Made by a program: the position numbers and the translations under genes
Source of the DNA: Oscillospiraceae bacterium
Lineage (GTDB): Bacteria > Bacillota > Clostridia > Oscillospirales > Ruminococcaceae
Assembly (NCBI GenBank): GCA_031253495.1
Contig: JAIRWC010000031.1
Coordinates: 31,077 to 95,076 of the forward strand
Length of the DNA stretch: 64,000 bases
Reading direction: 5' to 3'
Shown: positions 25,891-34,715 of the stretch, piece after piece
How positions within the stretch are numbered: position 1 is the first letter of the stretch
Layout: every line of letters begins with the position of its first letter
Notes under the pieces: generated by a model
The model's database searches: none
Seen by the model: only the letters and a program-made list of their open reading frames with translations
Told to the model about the DNA's origin: nothing

Positions 25891-26991
25891 TTGAGGGTTT
25901 TGGCGGTCGCGACCATGAACAGGCGCGTTCAAGACAATATCCGCGAATACGTGGACGATTCCGAAGGGCATTATTTAAGGCAGATTGACAAAACCGCGCG
26001 CGCCTTGGCCGCGAACGCGGCGGAAAAGCCGTTTATCCTTATTTCGGGACCGTCCGGCTCGGGGAAGACCACGACGGCTTTCAGGCTTAAAAACGCGCTT
26101 AACAAAGCGGGTTTTAAAACCCACGCGCTGTCAATGGACAATTATTTCTTCCCGCTCCACGACCCGCGCAACGAAAGGGAGCCGGACGGCAGCATTGACT
26201 TTGAATCGCCTAAAAGGTTGGATACGGAGCTTTTAAGCGAACACCTTGAAAAAATTTTGCGCGGCGAGGAAATAATTCCGCCGGCGTTTGATTTCGCCCG
26301 TCAGGAAAGGACAAAAGGCGGGCGTCTTCGGTTGGGGGAAAACGAGTTTGTCGTGATAGAGGGGATTCACTCGCTTAATCCCGCCGTTACGGGAAGTGTT
26401 TCCGCCGTCGCCTCCGGCGTTTACGTCAGCGTGCGAACCCGCATAAAAGGCAAAGGCGGCGGGCTGATGCACCCGTCGAAAATCCGTTTGATGCGGCGGC
26501 TCGTCCGCGACAAGCTGTTCCGGGGGCGCCGCGCCGCGCAAACGCTGCAGTTCTTCGAAAAAGTGGAGCGCGGCGAGGAAATTTACATCCACCCGTATAA
26601 GGGCTTGGCGGAACACGGCATAGACGCTTTCATCGCTTATGAAACGGCCGTTTACAAAAAATTCCTCACCGACGACTTAAACGCCCTCCGCGGGAGTTAC
26701 GACGGGTTCGAGCGGTACGAGGAGCTGATGGAAATTCTCGAGGAAACCGCGGACGTCGATTTGGAATACGCCCCCCGCGATTCGTTAGTCAGGGAGTTCG
26801 CCGGGGGGAGCCGTTTCGAGTATTTCGGTTCGCAAAAAAAAAAAAAAAAAAACGGGCGTTTCGCGCCCGTTTTTTACGCGTTTAAACCGGAATTTCAATC
26901 AACGCGGGAATGGTCGATGACGACGGCTTTCTCTTCCTTGATATATTTTTTCTCTTGGAAATCGCCCGCGTTTTTCGTTACGTGTTCGTAG
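25891..26991 (+). CDS. uridine kinase / PRK-family P-loop nucleoside kinase-like protein; the 3' end is uncertain
   Basis: It has the P-loop ISGPSGSGKTTT and the motifs SMDNYFF and FDF..QER. The ORF runs through an A19 tract and the terminator hairpin before it reaches a stop. The start could be TTG at 25891 or ATG at 25915. Confidence 0.65.
   Translation: MRVLAVATMNRRVQDNIREYVDDSEGHYLRQIDKTARALAANAAEKPFILISGPSGSGKTTTAFRLKNALNKAGFKTHALSMDNYFFPLHDPRNEREPDGSIDFESPKRLDTELLSEHLEKILRGEEIIPPAFDFARQERTKGGRLRLGENEFVVIEGIHSLNPAVTGSVSAVASGVYVSVRTRIKGKGGGLMHPSKIRLMRRLVRDKLFRGRRAAQTLQFFEKVERGEEIYIHPYKGLAEHGIDAFIAYETAVYKKFLTDDLNALRGSYDGFERYEELMEILEETADVDLEYAPRDSLVREFAGGSRFEYFGSQKKKKKNGRFAPVFYAFKPEFQSTREWSMTTAFSSLIYFFSWKSPAFFVTCS
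26834..26875. terminator. bidirectional intrinsic terminator: A19, then hairpin cgggcg/cgcccg, then T6
   Basis: I read it directly. It lies between the convergent kinase gene and the 26895-27491 gene. Confidence 0.7.
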
Positions 26992-27491
26992 GTTTCGCCC
27001 CTTTTGTTCAGTATCGAGATATACAAGTCGGTATCAGAGTCCGCGTACTTCGCTATTCTCTTTGAACGCGGGATATACAGCGGGCTTAAATACTTGTTGG
27101 TTATTTCAAAGTGCGCTATCTCATAGCTCCTTATGATTTCAATCAATTTGCCGTCGCTGTTCAAGTCCCCCGCCTCGATTTTCCTCCAGTCGCTCGCCAT
27201 CTCGCACAGGAGGTTGTCCAATTCGGGCAGATAATATTTGAAAGCGTTTATCCTGTCGTTGACCTTAAACCTGTCCTTCAACAGCAGGGTGATGTTCATA
27301 AACAGGATTATCGTCGACCAAATCTCCGTATGCTTTTGGGTAATTATCCACCCCGACACGCTCAACAGAGAAACGACGCTCGCGAAGACCTCCAAAAACA
27401 GGGAAACCCTTTCGTCGCGCCTGCGGTAGCGTTCGTGGTAATAATAGTTAAACTTGTTATTGACGTATAAATTCCAAAATTCGTACTTCAT
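26895..27491 (-). CDS. hypothetical 2-TM protein (198 aa), low GC, with an architecture like small membrane effector proteins
   Basis: The ATG at 27491 gives MKYEFWNLY. A basic stretch (HERYRRRDER) is followed by two hydrophobic helices, VSLFLEVFASVVSLLSVSGWII and IWSTIILFMNITLLL, and then a ~110-aa soluble tail. Confidence 0.55.
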   Translation of the reverse strand: MKYEFWNLYVNNKFNYYYHERYRRRDERVSLFLEVFASVVSLLSVSGWIITQKHTEIWSTIILFMNITLLLKDRFKVNDRINAFKYYLPELDNLLCEMASDWRKIEAGDLNSDGKLIEIIRSYEIAHFEITNKYLSPLYIPRSKRIAKYADSDTDLYISILNKRGETYEHVTKNAGDFQEKKYIKEEKAVVIDHSRVD

Positions 27492-27579
27492 TTTTTTCAC
27501 CTCGTTATGGTTTTGTTCCTCCGATAAGCTCGGCGCGCCCGTCCGCCGGGATACGTTCCGCAAGGCTCGCCCCGCTCAT

Positions 27580-27680
27580 TTTTCGGCTGTTACGCGTCAG
27601 TCCCCCCGCTCCCTTTTCGGCTGTTACGCGTCAGTCCCCCGCTCCCTTTTCGGCTGTTGCGCGTCAGTCCCCCCGCTCCC
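27580..27680. repeat. 3 x ~34-nt tandem repeat (ttttcggctgttRcgcgtcagtcccc(c)cgctccc)
   Basis: The units lie at 27580-27613, 27614-27646 and 27647-27680. The last unit contains the stop codon and last codons of the 27664-27894 gene. Confidence 0.9.
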
Positions 27681-27894
27681 AACCGCTTTCCCCGTCGGCG
27701 GGGAGCAGCTTAATCCCCGGCTTGGAATAAGGGCTTTCGGAACCGCCGACGCCGTAAACGAAATGCCGTCCGTTGTTCGCCACGAACAGCTGCTCCTCGT
27801 ATCCTTCCGGCTGCCCGAACTCCCCGTAATACCTATGACCGATGCGAACCGCCTTTTCGGTGTCATAAGTTTTCCCGTCAATTTTCGCTTTCAT
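27664..27894 (-). CDS. small hypothetical protein (76 aa)
   Basis: The ATG at 27894 follows GAGGTGG. The translation is MKAKIDGKTYDTEKAVRIGH..YGEFGQPEGYEE.LFV...G.HFVYGVGG. I cannot name a family. Confidence 0.5.
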   Translation of the reverse strand: MKAKIDGKTYDTEKAVRIGHRYYGEFGQPEGYEEQLFVANNGRHFVYGVGGSESPYSKPGIKLLPADGESGWERGD

Positions 27895-28054
27895 TTCCAC
27901 CTCGATACGGCCGCCCGAACCGAAAACCCGCTCAACAAACCGAAATTTCACCATGCCATTCTATCATGTTTTCAGACGCTTGTCAAGCGTTATGTAAATT
28001 ATATTCGGAAATTTTCGGGTATAATTTACACGCGCGTTTACACGGACGGCGCAA

Positions 28055-28127
28055 AGCTCCCGGTCGGACTCGAACCGACGGCCTGCGCATTACGAATGCG
28101 CCGCTCTACCAACTGAGCTACGGAAGC
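28055..28127 (-). tRNA. tRNA-Thr (anticodon CGU)
   Basis: I folded the cloverleaf by hand: acceptor GCTTCCG/CGGGAGC, D-arm GCTC-AGTTGGTA-GAGC, anticodon stem GCGCA/TGCGC with loop TTCGTAA, and T-arm GTCGG-TTCGAGT-CCGAC. No CCA is encoded. Confidence 0.9.
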
Positions 28128-28187
28128 GGCGGAAACCCCTTTAAAACGAAAATTCCCGGGAGTTTTCGCTTTAAAAGGTTATATCTC

Positions 28188-28216
28188 TTGCAAATCGGCA
28201 AAAAATATGTTAAAAT
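28188..28216 (+). promoter_or_regulatory. sigma-A promoter with an extended -10
   Basis: TTGCAA lies at 28188-28193, followed by a 17-nt spacer that ends in TGt, then TAAAAT at 28211-28216. Confidence 0.6.
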
Positions 28217-28283
28217 AATCTGAAAGCGGCGCTCGGACAATAACCATGATACAATAAAAACGCCGCTTTGTCAATATGGGGAG

Positions 28284-29252
28284 ATGATTTTTATAACAAT
28301 CGGAAAAAAGCCCGTCGAAATCGCGTTAATCGTTTTGTGTTGCCTTATGACGGCGGCGACCCTGTTTTTGCTTTTTTTTTCCGTAACGTTCGGCTTCGGC
28401 GGCGGCGCGGCGAATTTGTTCGGGCAAAGCGTCTATATAGTCAGAACCGACGCGTTCGAACTGATAAAAAGCCCCGGCGCGGTTATCGCGAAAAAGGTCG
28501 GAATTGACGAGATATCGGAGAAAAACATTGTGATTTTCGAGTTTGACGGGCATAAGGCAATCGGCGAGATTTTAGGAAAATCCGTTTCCGACGGCGGCGT
28601 CGCGTATTTCACCGTCGCCGACGAAAACGGGGACGCGCACGTCGTCCCCGAACATTCCGTAATCGCCAAGGCGATGCGGTACAGCGCGGTTTTGGGGGTA
28701 ATCGCCGATTTCGCCGTTTCGCCGGCGGGCGTTCTCGTAATAGCGGTAACGCCCTGCGTTTGCGTGCTCGCCCTTGAGGCGCTCAGACCGATTTTCCGCA
28801 AGAAACGCGAAAAAGAAGAGGTAACGCCCGTAAACAAACAGGACGAAACGCCCACTTTCATCCCCGGCGCGAGTTCGGCGGCGGCGTTAAGGGCGTATAA
28901 GGACGCGGCGGGCGCGCCGGCGGGGGAAAAGCCGCAGCTGTTCACCGCCCCGAAAAGGCCCGCCTATAAACTCGCCCCCCAAAAGAAAAAGGAGCCGCTT
29001 TCAAGCGAAAAGTTAGCTTCGGCAATCGCCGCCGTGAACGCGCGGCGCGGAAAGACGGGCGAAATCGACTTACCCGCAAGCGGCGGGGATACCCGCGATA
29101 TCAGGCGCGCGGGGCTTAACCCGGCGCAAAAAGAGGCGACCGACGGCGTGAGGAAATACGCGCCCAAGGCGAAAGATTCCGGCGGGGAAAACGGGATTGA
29201 GGAAATATTGGCGGCTTATTCAAAAAAGAAAGGCGAACGGTATGAGGATTGA
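28284..29252 (+). CDS. membrane protein with a SipW-like (type I signal peptidase) fold pattern that lacks the catalytic Ser/His motifs, plus a long disordered tail
   Basis: The layout is TM, beta-rich core, TM. The position where SGSMEP would be reads RTDAFE. The C-terminus is Ala/Lys/Pro-rich. The similarity is judged from memory only. Confidence 0.45.
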   Translation: MIFITIGKKPVEIALIVLCCLMTAATLFLLFFSVTFGFGGGAANLFGQSVYIVRTDAFELIKSPGAVIAKKVGIDEISEKNIVIFEFDGHKAIGEILGKSVSDGGVAYFTVADENGDAHVVPEHSVIAKAMRYSAVLGVIADFAVSPAGVLVIAVTPCVCVLALEALRPIFRKKREKEEVTPVNKQDETPTFIPGASSAAALRAYKDAAGAPAGEKPQLFTAPKRPAYKLAPQKKKEPLSSEKLASAIAAVNARRGKTGEIDLPASGGDTRDIRRAGLNPAQKEATDGVRKYAPKAKDSGGENGIEEILAAYSKKKGERYED

Positions 29253-30567
29253 ATTTTTTAAACGCGCGCTTGCGGCAATCGCCGTTTTTGCCGCGATATC
29301 GATTACGGCGACGTCGCCTTTTTCACGCGCGCAAAGCGCGGGTGAGGTCGATTATGACAAAAAAATCGCCGAGCTTGAGGAAAAGGCGAAAAAAATAGAG
29401 CGGGACAACGAAATACGCGAGGGGAAAATCGAGAGTTTAAAAAACGACGTTTCCCAGCAGGAGAATTACATAAAAGAGGTGAACACCCAGATTTATCAGG
29501 TGAACGCCCAGATTGAGGCGTACGACGAGCTTATCGGCGCGAAAGCGGAGCAGATTGAAAACACCCGCCGCATGATAGAAAACAAGGAATATCAAATCGC
29601 GCTCAAGGAAAGGGAGGTCGCCGACAGGGAATTGCGGATAACGCTCCTTGACGCGGAAAACAAAGAAAATCTCGTGAAATTCGGACGGATTATCAAACGG
29701 ATGTACATGGGTTCGGAAACGGACGCGATTACCGTTTTGACGGGTTCCGCGGATTTTTATGATTTGCTTGTCCGCGCCGAAATGATAAAAAATACCGGTC
29801 TGAAAAACGAGGAATTTATGGACGCCCTGCTTTTGTCCATCGAACGGCAGGAGAACGCCATCGCCGAGCTGGAAGCCGAACAGGAGGAGTTAAACGGGCA
29901 GATTGAGGAATGTGAATACGAAAAGATAAAATTCGAGCGGGAAAAAGAGGTGCTTCAAGCCGAGATGGACGTCAAATCCGCCGAATTAAACCTGCGGTAC
30001 GACAAACTGCGGGAACTGTCGAACGACAAGCAAAAGGTGGAAAACGAAATCAAGGGGCTAAGGCAGGAAATCAACGCCACCAACGAACAGGTGGAGGAGA
30101 TTAACGCGGCGGTCGCCGAGCTTATACGGGAAAAACAAAGGGCGGCGAACAGAACGAACTATTCCTCCGAGGGCTTTATTTGGCCGCTTGACGACCAATT
30201 CCGCATGATAACCTGCAGTTTCGGGTACGACCCGTGGAGGGGCGGCAACCACTACGGCGTGGACATAGGCAATTCCGGCATAAGGGGCGCGAACATCTAC
30301 GCCATGCAATCGGGGACGGTTATACGGGCGTTCAACAACGGGCTTTGGAACGGCGGTTACGGCAATTATGTGATAATCGACCACGGCGGCGGCGTTTCCA
30401 CGCTTTACGCGCATTGCTCGAGCACGGTCGTTTCGGAAGGTCAGGAAGTGGTTCAGGGGGATGTCGTGGGCTACGTCGGAAGCACGGGGTGGTCTACCGG
30501 CCCGCATCTGCATTTTGAGGTTCGCGTGGAAGGGAAAGCCGTAAACCCGATGCAGTATTTCAGTTAA
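29242..30567 (+). CDS. M23 family metallopeptidase with an N-terminal coiled coil (EnvC-like)
   Basis: It has a signal peptide and a long coiled coil. The LytM motifs are HYGVDIG, GYGNYVIIDHGGGVSTLYAH and GSTGWSTGPHLHFEV. Confidence 0.88.
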   Translation: MRIEFFKRALAAIAVFAAISITATSPFSRAQSAGEVDYDKKIAELEEKAKKIERDNEIREGKIESLKNDVSQQENYIKEVNTQIYQVNAQIEAYDELIGAKAEQIENTRRMIENKEYQIALKEREVADRELRITLLDAENKENLVKFGRIIKRMYMGSETDAITVLTGSADFYDLLVRAEMIKNTGLKNEEFMDALLLSIERQENAIAELEAEQEELNGQIEECEYEKIKFEREKEVLQAEMDVKSAELNLRYDKLRELSNDKQKVENEIKGLRQEINATNEQVEEINAAVAELIREKQRAANRTNYSSEGFIWPLDDQFRMITCSFGYDPWRGGNHYGVDIGNSGIRGANIYAMQSGTVIRAFNNGLWNGGYGNYVIIDHGGGVSTLYAHCSSTVVSEGQEVVQGDVVGYVGSTGWSTGPHLHFEVRVEGKAVNPMQYFS

Positions 30568-30568
30568 A

Positions 30569-31417
30569 ATGAGAATTTTAACCTTGATTGAAAACACCAC
30601 TTCAAACAAAAAGCTCCGCCACGAACACGGCCTTTCTTTCTACGTCGAGTTCGGCGGCAAGAAAATCTTGATTGACACGGGTTCGAGCGACCGTTTTATC
30701 AAAAACGCGGCGAGGATGCGGGTTAATTTGAAAGAGCTTGACGCCGCGATAATTTCCCATAACCATTACGACCATACCGGCGGGCTGGAAAGCCTGTTTA
30801 AACTCAGCCCCGACATAAAGGTGTTCGCGAAGCGGGACGTCGCGGGCGATTATTATTTAAAGCTCGGGCTTTTCAATTTCACGGTTTGCTGGAACAAGCA
30901 CTTCATCAACCGCCGCAGGAAGAATTTTGTGCTTTTCAACCAATTTCAGGAGGTCTGCGAAGGCTTTTACGTCATGGGGTGCGAGGTTGACGACGACAAA
31001 TACGTTTTGAGGGACAAGCGGCTTTTGAAAAGGGAAAACGGAAGATACGCCCCCGACGATTTCAAGCATGAGATTTTCGCCGTCGCTTTCCCGAAAAAAG
31101 ACAGGGAAAAAGGCTGCGTGGTTATTTCAAGCTGCTCCCATTCGGGTATAGTCAATATATTGAGGACGGTTAGGGAAACGTGGGTAAATTCCCCGATTTT
31201 GGGGGTGGTGGGCGGTTTCCACCTGAATTTGCCGGCCCGCCTGATGCCTTTGGATACGGGGGCTTTTATGAAAAACGTCGCGGAACAAATTTCCGAACTT
31301 TCGGCGGGGTGCGTTTATACCTGCCATTGCACCGGGAAAAAAGCCTATGAACGGCTGAAAGAGCGTATGGGCGACCAGATTCAATATCTTCGGACGGGGG
31401 AAGAGCTTGTGTTTTGA
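30569..31417 (+). CDS. MBL-fold metallo-hydrolase
   Basis: It has the motifs LIENT...EHGLSFYVE..GKKILIDTG and SHNHYDHTGGL. Confidence 0.8.
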   Translation: MRILTLIENTTSNKKLRHEHGLSFYVEFGGKKILIDTGSSDRFIKNAARMRVNLKELDAAIISHNHYDHTGGLESLFKLSPDIKVFAKRDVAGDYYLKLGLFNFTVCWNKHFINRRRKNFVLFNQFQEVCEGFYVMGCEVDDDKYVLRDKRLLKRENGRYAPDDFKHEIFAVAFPKKDREKGCVVISSCSHSGIVNILRTVRETWVNSPILGVVGGFHLNLPARLMPLDTGAFMKNVAEQISELSAGCVYTCHCTGKKAYERLKERMGDQIQYLRTGEELVF

Positions 31418-31446
31418 GCGATTTTTGAGAAAAATTTATTTTTTCA

Positions 31447-31475
31447 TTGCAATACTTGTAAAAATCGTGTATAAT
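31447..31475 (+). promoter_or_regulatory. sigma-A promoter for glgP
   Basis: TTGCAA lies at 31447-31452, followed by a 17-nt spacer and TATAAT at 31470-31475. Confidence 0.65.
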
Positions 31476-31509
31476 GTAAGCAGCGCGTTACAGCGAAAGG
31501 AGAAAAGCT

Positions 31510-33906
31510 ATGAAATCACCGATGACAAAGGAAGAGTTGATAAGGCGGCTGAACGGAACGCTGGAATTTGACTTTCGCATCAACTCGCAGGAAGCGAGCA
31601 CCAAGCAGCTTTATAAGGCGCTCTCCAAAATCGTCGTTAACCATTTGAAAGAAAAACGCCGCAAATTTACGAGGCAGTGCGATTCTGTGGGGCAAAAGCA
31701 GGTTTATTACATATCCATAGAGTTTCTCATGGGGCGCTCCCTCAAGACGAGTCTGTTTAACTTAGGTCTGAACGAAGTCGCGGAAAAAGCCCTGAAAGAA
31801 GAATTCAACGTGAAATTAAGTTCGCTTTACGAGGAAGAGCCGGACGCGGGCTTGGGCAACGGCGGCTTGGGGCGGCTCGCGGCTTGCTACATGGACGCGA
31901 TGGCGACCTGCGCGTTCCCGGCGACGGGGTACTCCATCCTGTACGAATACGGCATCTTCAAGCAAAAAATCGTTGACGGCTGGCAAGACGAGCTTGCGGA
32001 CGACTGGCTGCCCGGCGGCGAAGTCTGGCTTATGGCCGTGCCCGACCAAGCCATAGAAGTGCGCTTCGGGGGGAGGCTGAATGAATACTGGGACAACGAA
32101 TACCACAACGTTACGCACGTCGATTATCAATGCGTGAACGCCGTGCCTTACGATATGTACGTTTCCGGCTACGACAGCCCGGGCGTGTCAAAATTGCGCC
32201 TGTGGAAGGCGGAAAGCCGCAATTTCAACATGGCGGCGTTCAACGACGGGAATTATGAACACGCCGTAAACGACATCGTCGCGCAGACGCTGACGAAGGT
32301 GCTTTATCCCAACGACAACTACGCGGAAGGGAAGGCGTTGAGGTTAAAGCAGCAGTATTTTATGTGCGCGGCTTCAATCGGCGATATCGTAATGCGGCAT
32401 ATGAAAACCTACGGCACGCTGGACAACCTGCACGAGAAAGCGGCCATTCACATAAACGACACCCACCCCACGCTCTCCATTCCCGAGCTTATGAGGATAT
32501 TGCTTGACGACTGCGGTTACAGCTGGTCGAAGTCGTGGCACATCACCCAGAACGTTTTCGCCTACACCAACCACACGGTAATGGCGGAAGCGCTCGAGAC
32601 CTGGGACAAAGACCTCCTTCAAAGAACCGTGCCGCGTATATTCACGATTATATGCGAGATTAACAACCGCTATTGCGAGGGGCTGTACAACCGCATGGGC
32701 GATTCCCCGAGGGTGGAAAGGATGTCCATCGTTTCGGGCAACAGGGTCAAAATGGCGAACCTCTGCCTTGACGCGGCCCATTCCGTAAACGGCGTGTCCA
32801 AACTCCATTCCGAAATTATCAAAGAATCGGTTTTCCTCGACCAATACGAGGACAAGCCGAATAAGTTCAAGAACGTAACCAACGGCATAGCCTACCGCCG
32901 CTGGCTTTTGCAGTCCAACCCCGGGCTGACGGCGCTGCTTGAGGAAACCATAGGCAAAGGCTTTAAAAAAGACGCGGCGGAGCTTTCAAAGCTGTTTTTG
33001 TTTGAAAACGACAAAAGCGTCCTTGAAAAGCTGGCTAAAATCAAAAAAGACAACAAGACCGCTTTCGCCAAGTTTGTAAACTCCTCCATGGGGGTTAAGC
33101 TCAATATCGAGAGCGTTTTCGACGTCCAGGCGAAGCGGCTGCACGAGTATAAGCGCCAACAGCTTAACGCCATGAACATCATCGCGGAATATCTTTTCCT
33201 CGCGGACAACCCCAACGCGGAATTCACGCCGAAAACCTATATTTTCGCCTCGAAGGCCGCTCCGGGGTACTATATGGCGAAGCAAATCATAAAGTTAATC
33301 TGGTGTTTGGGCGAGGAAATACGCGCCAACAAGAAAGTGTGCGAAAAGCTGCAGGTGGTGTTCCTTGAGGATTATCGCGTAACGCTGTCGGAGATACTTA
33401 TGCCGGCGAGCGAGGTTTCCGAGCAGATTTCCCTGGCGGGGACCGAAGCGTCCGGCACCGGGAACATGAAGCTGATGCTCAACGGCGCCGTTACCATGGG
33501 GACCTACGACGGCGCGAACGTCGAGATTCACTCGCAGGTGGGCGACGACAACATATTCATATTCGGCATGAACGCTTCGGAAGCGGGGATAATGCGCGCG
33601 AACGGGTATTCGCCGGAGAGGTATTACAACGATAACAAAGCGATACACGCGGTTCTCAATAAAATGTACAGCGGCGTAAACGGCGCGACGTTCAACGAGT
33701 TGGCGAACACGCTCCGCCAGACCGACAGGTATATGTGCCTCGCCGATTTCGATTCTTACCGCGCGGCGCAGGCGAAGGCGGGCGAGGTCTATAAGGACTT
33801 GTACAAATGGAACAAGATGTCGTTGGCCAATATAGCGGGCGCGGGGATTTTCTCGGCGGACAGGGCGGTAACGGATTACGCGGCGACGATTTGGAATTTG
33901 ATATAG
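31510..33906 (+). CDS. glgP: glycogen/maltodextrin phosphorylase
   Basis: It has EPDAGLGNGGLGRLAAC and the PLP site EASGTGNMKLMLNGA, in 798 aa. Confidence 0.95.
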   Translation: MKSPMTKEELIRRLNGTLEFDFRINSQEASTKQLYKALSKIVVNHLKEKRRKFTRQCDSVGQKQVYYISIEFLMGRSLKTSLFNLGLNEVAEKALKEEFNVKLSSLYEEEPDAGLGNGGLGRLAACYMDAMATCAFPATGYSILYEYGIFKQKIVDGWQDELADDWLPGGEVWLMAVPDQAIEVRFGGRLNEYWDNEYHNVTHVDYQCVNAVPYDMYVSGYDSPGVSKLRLWKAESRNFNMAAFNDGNYEHAVNDIVAQTLTKVLYPNDNYAEGKALRLKQQYFMCAASIGDIVMRHMKTYGTLDNLHEKAAIHINDTHPTLSIPELMRILLDDCGYSWSKSWHITQNVFAYTNHTVMAEALETWDKDLLQRTVPRIFTIICEINNRYCEGLYNRMGDSPRVERMSIVSGNRVKMANLCLDAAHSVNGVSKLHSEIIKESVFLDQYEDKPNKFKNVTNGIAYRRWLLQSNPGLTALLEETIGKGFKKDAAELSKLFLFENDKSVLEKLAKIKKDNKTAFAKFVNSSMGVKLNIESVFDVQAKRLHEYKRQQLNAMNIIAEYLFLADNPNAEFTPKTYIFASKAAPGYYMAKQIIKLIWCLGEEIRANKKVCEKLQVVFLEDYRVTLSEILMPASEVSEQISLAGTEASGTGNMKLMLNGAVTMGTYDGANVEIHSQVGDDNIFIFGMNASEAGIMRANGYSPERYYNDNKAIHAVLNKMYSGVNGATFNELANTLRQTDRYMCLADFDSYRAAQAKAGEVYKDLYKWNKMSLANIAGAGIFSADRAVTDYAATIWNLI

Positions 33907-33917
33907 GCGCGGTTTGC

Positions 33918-34715
33918 ATGACAGACGGGGAAAAACGGCGCATAGAAACCGCGGTTCGTTCGCGCTTGACGGATTTCGCCAAGAATTTAAAAAGCAAACA
34001 TACGCGTCAAGTTAAAAAAGCCGACGGGATAATCAATTTAAAGAAACGGAATGTCTTCATAAGCAAGTTGCCGGGTGAATTTGCGTACTACTCGGCGCTC
34101 GTCCGTTCTTTTGATTCGTCTTTCGGCGGTTTTCTTGAAAAACTTGCCCTCGAAATTGCTCGCGAAAATTACGAAGTATCGCAGGAGGTTGTCGGGAAAA
34201 TTGACAAAAGACAATTAGACCTCATAAACGATATTTTGAACAACTATAAGAATCATAATGTCAAACCCGAAATCTCTCATTACGAAAGTTACAGCGCGAC
34301 GAGTTTTTCTTTGAACGACGCCAGACACGCTTCCGACCACTTGCTGTACGATAAAGAAAACGGCGTTTATCACATTGTTGAGCTTAAAGCGGGCGGAGAC
34401 CTCGATAATAAGAAAGCGGAAGCGGAAAAAAGGGCGTTGCTTGAACAGTATTTTATATTGAAGAACGGCGATATATCCTCAAATATTAAACTGCATTTTG
34501 CTACCGCGTATAATAAATTCGGCGAAGAAAACAAATGGGTTCATCCAAAAGTAGAAATGTTTTTCGCGAGCGATGAACTTTTGATAGGCAGAGATTTTTG
34601 GAATTTCGTTTGCAAGGACAAAAACGGATTTAACGCCGTAATTAAAGCGTACAACGATAATATTTATATAATAACGCAGACCCTTGACGAAATAAAAAAG
34701 GTATACGACATATGA
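33918..34715 (+). CDS. putative type II restriction endonuclease (PD-(D/E)XK-like)
   Basis: It is low in GC. The candidate catalytic pattern is D (in ASDHLL) followed about 15 residues later by E-L-K (HIVELKAGGDLD). It is translationally coupled (ATGA) to the downstream methyltransferase. Confidence 0.55.
   Translation: MTDGEKRRIETAVRSRLTDFAKNLKSKHTRQVKKADGIINLKKRNVFISKLPGEFAYYSALVRSFDSSFGGFLEKLALEIARENYEVSQEVVGKIDKRQLDLINDILNNYKNHNVKPEISHYESYSATSFSLNDARHASDHLLYDKENGVYHIVELKAGGDLDNKKAEAEKRALLEQYFILKNGDISSNIKLHFATAYNKFGEENKWVHPKVEMFFASDELLIGRDFWNFVCKDKNGFNAVIKAYNDNIYIITQTLDEIKKVYDI

Noticed and set aside
26895-28283. Complete integrated mobile element or prophage at tRNA-Thr
   Set aside because: There is no integrase, recombinase, transposase or tRNA-fragment direct repeat within reach. 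At most this is a small remnant islet, and it is reported as such in the findings.
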